Source of the DNA: Promethearchaeota archaeon
GTDB taxonomy: Archaea; Asgardarchaeota; Lokiarchaeia; Sigyniarchaeales; SOKP01
Length of the DNA stretch: 64,000 bases
Direction of reading: 5' to 3'
Assembly (NCBI GenBank): GCA_019894975.1
Contig: JAGXNO010000016.1
Coordinates: forward strand, 1 to 64,000
The translations under genes and the position numbers were made by a program. Shown here in pieces: positions 20,470 through 29,663 of this stretch. The notes under the pieces were generated by a model. That model ran no database searches and was not told where the DNA came from. It saw only the letters and a list, made by a program, of their open reading frames with translations. Every line of letters begins with the position of its first letter. Positions within the stretch are counted from its first letter, which is position 1.

Positions 20470-20838
20470 TTAAAATCTAAAGCTTGTATCAGCATTGGCA
20501 ATTAACTCCGTTAATTCATCGTAGTTTATGACTTTCAGGTTTTCATATTCGGTTAAGTCATCCTTTGTCATTCCTGCTTCAGCTAAGGCAGATTCAATAA
20601 GATACACTTCTAAATCAGACAAGTCTGCCATTTCTAATACCTCTGTCAAAGGATCCATCCCAACAGCTTCTGGATTGCAATGCTTATTGAATAGATACAC
20701 AGCATCACCTGTTAATACAACCTTACAATCAATTATTTCTCCAAGAGCAGTGAATCCTGAACCAATCCTAATTGCTTCAATTGCCGAATTTCTCCCTATA
20801 GGGGATTGATCGCTTATAACTACTACTGATTCTATCAT
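20470..20838 (-). CDS. dsrF: DsrF/TusC family sulfur relay protein
   Basis: SP.G...A.EAIR, GDAVY, ESAL..AG, terminal FRF; lies between dsrE and dsrH. Confidence 0.85.
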   Translation of the reverse strand: MIESVVVISDQSPIGRNSAIEAIRIGSGFTALGEIIDCKVVLTGDAVYLFNKHCNPEAVGMDPLTEVLEMADLSDLEVYLIESALAEAGMTKDDLTEYENLKVINYDELTELIANADTSFRF

Positions 20839-20842
20839 TTTT

Positions 20843-21211
20843 CTATCCTCCCGTACCAAATACTAATAATTTATCTGCTTCTATTGCCCAATTTGAAAAG
20901 TCTCCTAATCCTTCTTCAGTCGCACCTTCAATGAATTCCGGTTCTTTTAATCCTGTAATACTAACCCATGTGCTACAACCCGCAACTGGAATGCTGTTTT
21001 CCCTGCTAAATTGTTCTATTTTCTCTGGAATGTTTCGAATTGAGGATCCGCAACTTATTTCTTTTTTAAGATTGTATACTCCTGTACCAAAGAAAAATAT
21101 CCCTGTTATTTCATGTCCCTTTCTAATCGCGGCTTTCCCTATTTCGATTAGCGTATCGACTGCTTGATATTTGTAAGGTTCTGTGCTAATAAAGAAAACA
21201 TATTTAGACAT
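20843..21211 (-). CDS. dsrE: DsrE/TusD family sulfur relay protein
   Basis: EPY..., KGH.ITGIFF.G.GVYN, candidate active-site Cys in VAGCSTW, GLGDF..ADKLLVF. Confidence 0.88.
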   Translation of the reverse strand: MSKYVFFISTEPYKYQAVDTLIEIGKAAIRKGHEITGIFFFGTGVYNLKKEISCGSSIRNIPEKIEQFSRENSIPVAGCSTWVSITGLKEPEFIEGATEEGLGDFSNWAIEADKLLVFGTGG

Positions 21212-21237
21212 AATCTATTTACTCCGCACTAAAGATT

Positions 21238-21462
21238 CTAAGCTTTCTTAATTATGAAAATTAAATTGCCATTATCTTCTTTAAGCTCAACTAATTCATC
21301 GCCAATTTTATTCAATAAGGCGGGAATATCTTTTTTTGCTCCGACATCGTCAACAATTACCTCAATGACTTGACCAGAACTCATGGTTTTCAATTCCTTC
21401 TTTGTCTTCAATACCGGCATTGGACATTTTAGTCCAGTATAATCAACTGTTTTATCAACCAT
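21238..21462 (-). CDS. tusA: TusA-family sulfur carrier
   Basis: D.TGLKCPMPVLKTKK..DD.GAKKDIP. Confidence 0.95.
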   Translation of the reverse strand: MVDKTVDYTGLKCPMPVLKTKKELKTMSSGQVIEVIVDDVGAKKDIPALLNKIGDELVELKEDNGNLIFIIKKA

Positions 21463-21507
21463 TTTTTTCAACCTTTTTAGTTTTTTTTAGTTTTTTTTGT
21501 TCTATTT

Positions 21508-21533
21508 ATGTCATCGTTTTCTAAAAATGACAT
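21508..21533. promoter_or_regulatory. Inverted repeat ATGTCAT-N12-ATGACAT, candidate operator
   Basis: Perfect 7-bp arms with inner TTTT/AAAA symmetry, lying between a TTTAAATA box (~21561-21568, minus strand) and the tusA start. Confidence 0.5.
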
Positions 21534-21738
21534 TCATTGTAGAATAAAAATGTGATATAGTATTTAAACCATAGTTTTTTGCGCTATAAACGATCCATTT
21601 ATTTAGCAAATATCACTATATAAATCAAAGAAAATAGTATAAAAAATTATAAGTCTAGATTTCTTATGATTACTTGAAACTTAAATAAATAATTAAGTAA
21701 TTATTAAATATTGAAAGAAATAAATAAGGGATTAAAAA

Positions 21739-22233
21739 ATGGTAGTTACTAATTCAGCAAATAAGATAGTTGATGAAATCGATAAGCAAATTCTCGAACT
21801 GTTACAAGAAGATGCAAAAATTACAATTAAACAAATTTCAGAAAAAATTGAAGAAAATTTGGATGAAAAGAAAAGCCATACAGCGATAAGATCTCGGATT
21901 CAAAGATTAGAGAAAGTATTAATTAAAAAATACGTTGCTTTAATTGACTGTCGTCAGTTAGGGTATCGAGAAATGGTGATGGCATCTCTTAGATTGAACA
22001 CTACTAAGCCATTAGATTTAGTCAAGAAAGAGATTGAGAGGATGGAAAAGATAAAATATGCTTATCAGGTTACAGGAGAATATCCTTTATTTATAATGGC
22101 AAAGTGTCTTAATCATCAAGATTCTATGGGCTTAATTGAAACTCTTCGTAATCTTCCTGGAGTAGAGGAAGTGAAAACTGAAATCGTGATGGATCGAATA
22201 AAAGAGGACCATTCAATTATTATTCCGGACTAG
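21739..22233 (+). CDS. Lrp/AsnC family transcriptional regulator
   Basis: DEIDKQILELLQEDA HTH, R.RIQRLE, VTGEYP, C-terminal RAM domain; divergent from the tus/hdr cluster. Confidence 0.93.
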   Translation: MVVTNSANKIVDEIDKQILELLQEDAKITIKQISEKIEENLDEKKSHTAIRSRIQRLEKVLIKKYVALIDCRQLGYREMVMASLRLNTTKPLDLVKKEIERMEKIKYAYQVTGEYPLFIMAKCLNHQDSMGLIETLRNLPGVEEVKTEIVMDRIKEDHSIIIPD

Positions 22234-22336
22234 TTTCGGTAGAATAAAATCTAATTAGCAGATATCCTTATATACAATACTGTCTATTCAATTATCGGTT
22301 AAGTTGAAATAGATTTAAATTAGATTTTTCTTAATA

Positions 22337-22636
22337 TTGAAGTTGAATGACTTAGAAAGAGAAATTGACCAATTATTAGGTTGGTATGGTATAAAGAGAA
22401 AATATGTCTCGGGATTGTGTTTAACCGTGGCTGGAATTTTTGTTTTTATTGTAAAATTAATATTGCTATATTCTCTCTTACCAAATTATATTGCTTATGA
22501 TCATGGTGTTCTTATTTACAATGGAACTATGATTAGATTTTATGTGGGTATTATAATGGGCTGTATAGGGGGATTACTTTTGTTGATTGGATTACCATTA
22601 TTAATCATTAACACTAAAAAGAAGAAAAAGCTTTAA
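22337..22636 (+). CDS. Small two-TM membrane protein
   Basis: Two hydrophobic segments and a Lys tail. Confidence 0.65.
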   Translation: MKLNDLEREIDQLLGWYGIKRKYVSGLCLTVAGIFVFIVKLILLYSLLPNYIAYDHGVLIYNGTMIRFYVGIIMGCIGGLLLLIGLPLLIINTKKKKKL

Positions 22637-22657
22637 AATAGTAATTATTAAATTTAT

Positions 22658-22808
22658 GCCCGATATCAGTCTATTTCTTTTAAAAACGCATTAAATCGTC
22701 GAATTTTACGTTTTATCCAAAAGTGTAAGAGGAATACAAAAGATCTATACTATTATATTGAATCTTATCCTATCAAAGCATATCTAAACAAATTTTGGGG
22801 ATAAGAAT
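22658..22808 (+). repeat. Copy 1 of a ~150-bp upstream element repeated at 24929-25079
   Basis: Shares AAAGTGTAAGAGGAAT and an identical 32-bp block (22745-22776 = 25016-25047). Confidence 0.9.
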
Positions 22809-24875
22809 ATGAAAAATAAAACAACAAAATTAGTTATTATATTAATGGTAGGGCTTGTCTTTCCATTAATTCTTACGTCTAATTTCAATTTCAGTAGTGA
22901 ATCTAATTCTAAGATAATTAAACCAGAAGTATCGGGAGGTTACACAGAATCCTATATCCATATTACCGGGGGTAATTGGTCAAGTACAGCTAGTTCCAAA
23001 CCTTGGTGCTATTTTGATAACGGGTATTATATAATTGAAAACGTCACTATTGATGCCAGTAGCTCGCCTACGGGAAGTGGTATCTTTATTGAAAGTTCTG
23101 CTGTTTTTTTTATTATTAGGAACTGCACAATATATAATGCGGGGGGCGGTGTTTTGGATGCGGGAATCAGATTAAATACTGCAAGCAATGGACAGATATA
23201 TAATAATACATGTTTCAATAATGGGAAATATGGAATCGTTCTTTATTTTTATTGTGATGATAATATAATTTCTGGAAATGTTGTTACTAACAGTCAGTAT
23301 GTGGGGTTATATCTGGTAAGTACATGTAATAATAACGATATTATTGGCAATGATGTAAATAATAATTCCAATTCCGGAATATCTCTATATAATAACTGTA
23401 ATAATAACAACATCACCGGAAATACTGCACGCGATAATGGTAATAGGGGAATACAATTGCATACTACATGTAATTCTAACACTTTCTCAGGTAATATTGT
23501 TAACGATAACAATTATGGGATAGATATTACAACCTCGGACAACAACTATTTTACAAAAAATGAAGTATACGAAAACTCACAGAGTGGGATATATTTAAGC
23601 GGTTCGGAAAATAATAATATTACTGAAAACAACTTAGATACAAATGAAAAGTATGGAATAGAGATAAAATCTAGCTCCATATGGAATAATATTACGAGAA
23701 ATACTGTAAATGATAACACATTGATAGGGATTTATTTACAAACCACTAGTGATAACAATTTAATTGAAAATAATACTATAAATAGAAATGATTTAGGGAT
23801 ATTGCTTGATCAGAGTGATAACAATAATGTCACAGATAATATTTTGCATGATAATAGTAGGTGCATTTTAGAAATTGCTTCTACAGGAAATATCATAATA
23901 AATAACGATTGTACGTCCACCACTGTGCAAGAACCAATCTTTATTGATGGCATTGCCACTGGTGTTGGTGCGCACAATTGGACTTGGGCAATTAATCAAG
24001 GTTTATGTACGGGTTCAGGAACAAAGGAACTCCCATATGTCATCGAAAATCTTAAGATAAGTGGTTTCGGCGTTATGAAAGGTATTGAGATAAGAAATTC
24101 AGATGTCTATTTTATCATTCAAGATTGTGAGATATATCATTGTACTACAGGAGGCATCTATTTTAATAATGTCACTAATAGTCAATTGATTGAGAATAAC
24201 TGTTCTAACAATTATCAAGGGATAAATCTATATGACAAATGCGATTTCAATGAAATCATAGGGAATGTAGCAAATGATAATTCTAATCATGGGATATTTA
24301 TTGGTGATTATTGCGATAATAATACAATTTCATATAATATTGCATCTTACAATGATGAAGCAGGGATAGTTTTAGCTGGAGGAGATCTCAGTAGCTATAA
24401 TAATACCATTTCAGAAAACACAGTAAACAACAACAATTACGGAATACGATTTGGAGAAGGTGATTTCCATTTTAATAAAATCTCGGGAAACATTATAAAG
24501 AGTAATAATATCGGAATCTCTATAGAAGATACTGGGTGTAGTAACAACTCAATCTACAATAATATCTTTCTGGAAAATGGGATTCATGCTATTGATAATG
24601 GGATTGATAACAAATGGAATATCTCCACTATTGGGAATTATTGGGATAACCATACTGGGCCAGATTCTAATAAGGATGGAATTGTCGATAATCCTTATAA
24701 CTACATCGGTGGTAGTGCTGGAAGTATAGATTATCTCCCAATAGCCGAAGGTGTTTCTGGAAATCCATTACCTCCAGGGGTTATTGCCGTAATCATAGTT
24801 GTTTCCGTAGCGGGAGGACTAGGATTAATAGGTGCTGTTTATATGTTTCTTATTAAGCGAAGAACAACAAAATAA
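22809..24875 (+). CDS. NosD/PbH1 right-handed beta-helix cell-surface protein, membrane anchored
   Basis: Signal peptide, two N/GI-rich beta-helix blocks, GNYWD..GPD..DGIVD.PY, C-terminal TM + KRR. Confidence 0.9.
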   Translation: MKNKTTKLVIILMVGLVFPLILTSNFNFSSESNSKIIKPEVSGGYTESYIHITGGNWSSTASSKPWCYFDNGYYIIENVTIDASSSPTGSGIFIESSAVFFIIRNCTIYNAGGGVLDAGIRLNTASNGQIYNNTCFNNGKYGIVLYFYCDDNIISGNVVTNSQYVGLYLVSTCNNNDIIGNDVNNNSNSGISLYNNCNNNNITGNTARDNGNRGIQLHTTCNSNTFSGNIVNDNNYGIDITTSDNNYFTKNEVYENSQSGIYLSGSENNNITENNLDTNEKYGIEIKSSSIWNNITRNTVNDNTLIGIYLQTTSDNNLIENNTINRNDLGILLDQSDNNNVTDNILHDNSRCILEIASTGNIIINNDCTSTTVQEPIFIDGIATGVGAHNWTWAINQGLCTGSGTKELPYVIENLKISGFGVMKGIEIRNSDVYFIIQDCEIYHCTTGGIYFNNVTNSQLIENNCSNNYQGINLYDKCDFNEIIGNVANDNSNHGIFIGDYCDNNTISYNIASYNDEAGIVLAGGDLSSYNNTISENTVNNNNYGIRFGEGDFHFNKISGNIIKSNNIGISIEDTGCSNNSIYNNIFLENGIHAIDNGIDNKWNISTIGNYWDNHTGPDSNKDGIVDNPYNYIGGSAGSIDYLPIAEGVSGNPLPPGVIAVIIVVSVAGGLGLIGAVYMFLIKRRTTK

Positions 24876-24928
24876 TCTTCTTATATTATACTTTTTCTTT
24901 TTTTATAGACTCTGAATATTAAATCTAA

Positions 24929-25079
24929 GCCTGATATCAGTCCAGTCTTATTAAAAACTCGTTAAATCATCTAATTTTAAGTGTTTTCCGAAAGTGTAAG
25001 AGGAATTTAAAAGAACTATACTATTATATTGAATCTTATCCTATCAATTCATATCTAAAATAAATTGAGGAATAAGAAT
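24929..25079 (+). repeat. Copy 2 of the ~150-bp upstream element
   Basis: Aligns with 22658-22808. Confidence 0.9.
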
Positions 25080-26807
25080 TTGAAAACGAAAACAAAACAG
25101 TTAGGAGTTTTATTATTAATGTTATTCATTTTCCCATTAATTCTTACTTATGAAATTAATTCCAACCATGAACATAAAACTAATATTATCAACCCTAAAA
25201 CCTCAGGTACATATGTAGGTATATGGATTGATGATACTCTAACCACTAATGGTACTAGTTGGGGTAATTGGACGTGGGCAAGATCTCAGCCATGGTGTAC
25301 TGATGGGGATGGAACAAAGGAAAATCCCTATATAATAAAGGACTCAACGTTTATACCTGCAGGACCGAGTGATTGCTTATCGATTTATCATTCAAGAAAA
25401 TATTTTATTGTAAGTAATTGTACTTCTAAAGATATCCCCGTTGGTACCTTTTCAGGAATTAAATTAAACAATGTTACTAATGCGAATATCATTGATAATC
25501 ACGCCTATAACAACTCTTATGGTATATATTTAGACGATTGCTATTATAACAATATTTCGGGAAACTCTGTAAACAATAACTCCCTTGGGATTTATTTATA
25601 TTTTTGTGATAACAACACGGTTTCGGGAAACACCGCAAACTATAACGTTGATGGGCTATATTTAGAAGAAAGCAATGATAATACTGTAACGGGAAACACT
25701 GCAAATGGAAACTCTCAGAACGGAATATATTCATACTTCTGTGACTACAATAATATTACTGGAAACGCGATAAATAATAATGGAGATTCGGGGCTAGATA
25801 TAGAGGACAATTGCGATAATAATATCATCTCGGGGAATACTGTGAACAACAACACTTATAATGGGATTTATATCTATGATGATTGTAATTATAACACAAT
25901 TTCGAATAACATTATAAATGGTATGGGTACCCAGGATTTTGGAATCTCTTTACATTGGTACAGTCTGAATAATACCATTATTAACAACATTGCGAACTAC
26001 AATGAAGAAATAGGAATAGAAATATATGACTACTGTGAAAATACCACGGTTTCAAACAACATCGTAAGCTACAATGGAATAAACGGAATAGGAATATATG
26101 ATTTCTCTGATAATAATATTCTTACAAAAAATGTTTTGTATAATAATACTATCGGAGTATATATTGATAACGGTGATAATAACACTTTTTATAAAAATGC
26201 CTTCGGAAAGAATGGATTACATGCGTTAGATGGCGGAATAGATAATAAATGGAACACATCTATTATTGGTAATTATTGGGACAATCATACCGGTCCAGAC
26301 CTAAGCCCACAAGACGGGATTGTCGACAATCCATATATGTTTATAGATGGTCCTGCGGGGAGTATTGATTTTCTACCTATAGCAGAAGATGATGCTCCAA
26401 GGATAACAATTAATTCACCTCTAACAGGAAGAAGATTTAGTACTGCTCCTTCATTCAATGTAGAGATCATTGATGTGGCATTATACGAGATGTGGTATAC
26501 TCTCGACGGAGGATTGAATAATTATACGTTTAGAATAAATGGAACTATTAATCAAGCTGCGTGGGATGCTTTATCTAATGGAAGTGTTACGATTAGGTTT
26601 TACGCTAGAGACGTTTTAGGGAATGTAGCGTTTGAAGAAGTTACAATAATCAAGGGTGTTTCTGCAGATAAATTAGATCCTGGTATCGTTGCTGCGATTA
26701 TTGTTTCCGTTATTGGAGGTATAATTTTAGCCGCTTTGGTAATACTTGTGAAGAAAGGAAAAATCTCATTAGAAAAGATTAAAGAATTTTCATTTAAGAG
26801 AAAGTAA
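25080..26807 (+). CDS. NosD/PbH1 beta-helix cell-surface protein with Ig-like domain and C-terminal TM (paralogue)
   Basis: Same architecture plus a P.I.I.SP..WYTLDGG Ig-like domain; TTG 25080 is positionally equivalent to the ATG of the upstream paralogue. Confidence 0.9.
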   Translation: MKTKTKQLGVLLLMLFIFPLILTYEINSNHEHKTNIINPKTSGTYVGIWIDDTLTTNGTSWGNWTWARSQPWCTDGDGTKENPYIIKDSTFIPAGPSDCLSIYHSRKYFIVSNCTSKDIPVGTFSGIKLNNVTNANIIDNHAYNNSYGIYLDDCYYNNISGNSVNNNSLGIYLYFCDNNTVSGNTANYNVDGLYLEESNDNTVTGNTANGNSQNGIYSYFCDYNNITGNAINNNGDSGLDIEDNCDNNIISGNTVNNNTYNGIYIYDDCNYNTISNNIINGMGTQDFGISLHWYSLNNTIINNIANYNEEIGIEIYDYCENTTVSNNIVSYNGINGIGIYDFSDNNILTKNVLYNNTIGVYIDNGDNNTFYKNAFGKNGLHALDGGIDNKWNTSIIGNYWDNHTGPDLSPQDGIVDNPYMFIDGPAGSIDFLPIAEDDAPRITINSPLTGRRFSTAPSFNVEIIDVALYEMWYTLDGGLNNYTFRINGTINQAAWDALSNGSVTIRFYARDVLGNVAFEEVTIIKGVSADKLDPGIVAAIIVSVIGGIILAALVILVKKGKISLEKIKEFSFKRK

Positions 26808-26950
26808 AGTATAGAAATAACTAATATGATTAATTATTTTTAATCAAATTCTTTTTTTTACCTCTCAAGAAAAAAGATTTAAAATTAATTTAAGGTTTTA
26901 TAAATTTTTACGTACTTGACACATTACTCTTTGAATGTCAGAAGTGTTTG

Positions 26951-27142
26951 TTATCGTAAAGACAATTCTTTATACTTGTAATATAATTTTTCGATAATTG
27001 CATTAAATGCTTCTAATACCCCCTGACCTGTTTTTGCAGAAGTAACATAATATCCAAGCAAATTATGTTCATTAACAAGGTCTTGAATTTTTATTTCATC
27101 TATACCGTTTTCATCAACCAAGTCAACTTTATTAGCAATATC
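26951..27142 (-). pseudogene. 3' remnant of a Rab-like small GTPase
   Basis: Has only G4 (ANKVD), G5 (TSAKTG) and the final helix; G1-G3 are absent. Confidence 0.8.
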
Positions 27143-27252
27143 AAGCAGAAGAGGAAACACCACGGGATCCTATCGATCTTGGAGTCATTACGGTTATTAT
27201 TGTTGTTTCAGTAGTGGAAGGTTTAGCAGTAATAGCAATCACACGATCATAA
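27142..27252 (+). pseudogene. 3' remnant (membrane anchor) of a further PbH1-type surface protein gene
   Basis: Translates as AEEETPRDPIDLGVITVIIVVSVVEGLAVIAITRS*, matching the C-termini of the two upstream paralogues; no start codon. Confidence 0.7.
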
Positions 27253-27446
27253 GGAGGGTAAAAAGAACATTTTAAACATAAATCATTTGAGGCTTTAAGA
27301 ACTAAGATTGTAAATCCTCTTGACGTCTGGATCACACTTTAGCGTTCATCACTTAGCTCAAATATAAGTATTTCGTAATTAAAAGAAGGAGAAAGAATAA
27401 TTATAACAAATAAACTGCTTATTCTAATTCATCAAAAAAACGTTCT

Positions 27447-27716
27447 TTATAATTTTTTTAGTTTTTTGATCTTTTCTTTTTTAACTTTTTTAATTTCTTT
27501 TTTTAAGAATATTATAGTTGCGTTAATTTCTCCTTTTTTTGACTTTATTTTAGAAATCTTAGAATGATCAATAATTTTAGTATCATGATTAATCGCTCTT
27601 TCAATTTGAATCAATTCTTTATGCTTTATTGCTAATTTAGCCTCTAACTCTTTCAATTTTTTGTTATATTCAGATTTTATTTTATTAGCTAATTCAGATT
27701 TTGATAAATCAGACAT
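27447..27716 (-). CDS. Small Lys-rich coiled-coil protein
   Basis: 89 aa, heptad pattern, basic. Confidence 0.65.
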   Translation of the reverse strand: MSDLSKSELANKIKSEYNKKLKELEAKLAIKHKELIQIERAINHDTKIIDHSKISKIKSKKGEINATIIFLKKEIKKVKKEKIKKLKKL

Positions 27717-27776
27717 AAGATGAATTAAAATAGAATTAATTTAATATTAATATTCTTATTCTTTCTTAACTCCTAA

Positions 27777-27992
27777 GTAGATTATGAAGATACCTTATAT
27801 AGGCATTGGTATATTTACCAAACGTACCTAAAACCAGGGATATATTATAAAGCACTTGAAGATTATGATTTAGCACTTATAAATCTTAAAAATGGTAAAG
27901 AATTAACAAAGGAAAGTACATCTGACTCTGAAACCAAGCAGAATTGACTCACTATAACAGATCTTTTTCTTAATGAAATCGAATCCTTATGA
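27777..27992 (+). pseudogene. Probable TPR-like gene remnant
   Basis: Frame reads YQTYLKPGIYYKALEDYDLALINLKNG...KQN*LTITDLFLNEIESL*, with an internal TGA (27945) and no start codon. Confidence 0.4.
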
Positions 27993-28267
27993 GCTTATAA
28001 TTCAGATTAAAAAGTACTACTGAATATAATTTATACCTAGGAGGAAAAGAATTCTAAATTCAAAAAAATTGCTTCATAGAAAAATTAGATATTAGCCTTT
28101 ATCAATGGTCAATTTAAATGGTTTAATAAAAATAATAGAAATAATTTTAATTTTAAAATTTTAATATTTTCATCATTATTCATACTTCTTTACTCCTTAT
28201 TTGGTTTACAATCAATAATCTAAAAAAAAATTAAAAGCTATCTTTAATAATTATTTTTATAATCATC

Positions 28268-29395
28268 TTAATTGCTTTCCCTTTGTTTAAGGAGCTTTTC
28301 CTTTATAACGCATCCTAGAGGTTGGGCACGAAAGCAAGCATTACAACTAGTACATAATGGGGGTGATAAATCACCATTTTTCCATCGATTTGGGAGAGAC
28401 GGTTCAATGACTAATGGCCTGCTTAACGCTACAAAATCAGTAGTACCTTCATGAAGTAATTTTTCTGCTTTCAAGGGATTTCTAATACCTCCCATCAGAA
28501 TAATTTTAGTATTCTTAAGAACTGAAGAATATTCATTTACCGTAGGCAAGAAATAATTTTCTTGTTCCTCCGTTTTTACTACAGGAGCAGGAAATGTTTT
28601 TCCTGACATGAAAATTGTTTCCAATCCTCCAGCACTTGGTTCAATAGCGTCATAACCAGTATCCACAAGGATTTTGGTGATCTTTTTACCTTCCTCTAAA
28701 GTTAGACTATTTTCTACAAAATCTTGCGTTTGTAATTTTACTGTTATTGGAAAGTTTTTACCAACTTCATCAGTGAGTTGATTATATATCTCAACCAAAA
28801 TTCTGGTTCGATTTTCGGTATTTCCTCCATATTCATCAGTTCTCTGGTTAGAGTAGGGACTAAGAAAATTTGACAGCAACCAGCAGTGAGCTCCATTTAG
28901 TTGGACTAAATCATAACCACATTCATAAGCTCTACGTCCAGCACTAACGAAATTTTTAATAATAGTTTTAATTTCTTCGTTTGTTAACTCACGGGGCATT
29001 TTTTTCGTAACCTGGTATAACACAGCTGAAGGGGATATTGAATTCATACCTTGCCGACCACAATGACAAAGTTGAGGTGCTATTTTAACCTCAGAGTATT
29101 CATGAACCGCCTTTACAAATTTTTTTTGACCCTCGAGATGAGAATCATCATACAGTCCAGCTTGATTATTGTTCAATTTTCCTTCTTCATCTATAGCTGC
29201 TAAACCTGTAATAATTAATCCCGTTCCCCCCTTAGCTAGATCTGTGTAAATTTTAATGAACTCATCTGTTACCGTTCCATCTGCGACCGTTCCATCTGCG
29301 TTTGCAGCGTTTGTAAATGTTGCTGAACGGACTATCCGATTTTTTATTTCAACATTTCCTATTTTACAGGGACTAAAAAGTGTTTTTAATTCCAT
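28268..29395 (-). CDS. NADH:flavin oxidoreductase (Old Yellow Enzyme family)
   Basis: LFSP.KIG..EIKNR, QL.H.GR, FLSP.SN.RTDEYGG..ENR.R, RPL..EP.LP, C.SCN.C. Confidence 0.93.
   Translation of the reverse strand: MELKTLFSPCKIGNVEIKNRIVRSATFTNAANADGTVADGTVTDEFIKIYTDLAKGGTGLIITGLAAIDEEGKLNNNQAGLYDDSHLEGQKKFVKAVHEYSEVKIAPQLCHCGRQGMNSISPSAVLYQVTKKMPRELTNEEIKTIIKNFVSAGRRAYECGYDLVQLNGAHCWLLSNFLSPYSNQRTDEYGGNTENRTRILVEIYNQLTDEVGKNFPITVKLQTQDFVENSLTLEEGKKITKILVDTGYDAIEPSAGGLETIFMSGKTFPAPVVKTEEQENYFLPTVNEYSSVLKNTKIILMGGIRNPLKAEKLLHEGTTDFVALSRPLVIEPSLPNRWKNGDLSPPLCTSCNACFRAQPLGCVIKEKLLKQRESN
29271..29300. repeat. Perfect 15-bp tandem duplication inside the OYE gene (ADGTV x2)
   Basis: accgttccatctgcg occurs twice in a row. 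Confidence 0.95.
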
Positions 29396-29663
29396 GATTT
29401 TTACTCTCTTATATGCAATAATATCTAAAAGTCAATTAATTAAATAAAGAATATTCTTTATGTGGCTAAAAAAAATTATAATAGCAATGACTTTTGCTTA
29501 CTGATTGATAAAAATGGCTGTAAATTATGAACAGAAAGCTAAAAAAATGGGTATTATTGGCTCAAATTTTTCTTTTCCTTTTAATTTAAAACCTATTTAA
29601 CACTCATAGTTTTCTTTCTTAAGGAAGAATTTTAAAACTGAATTAAACTGATATTTACTTAGA

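Noticed and set aside
11597-21462. Calling the cluster a canonical sHdr, Dsr or Mvh hydrogenase operon
   Set aside because: The hdrC1B1A-hyp-C2B2 layout, lbpA, dsrAB/dsrC and the [NiFe] large subunit are all absent from the window.
22809-26807. CRISPR-like or DGR-like repeats in the AAT/AAC-rich region
   Set aside because: The periodicity comes from Asn-rich beta-helix codons; there is no repeat-spacer structure and no reverse transcriptase.
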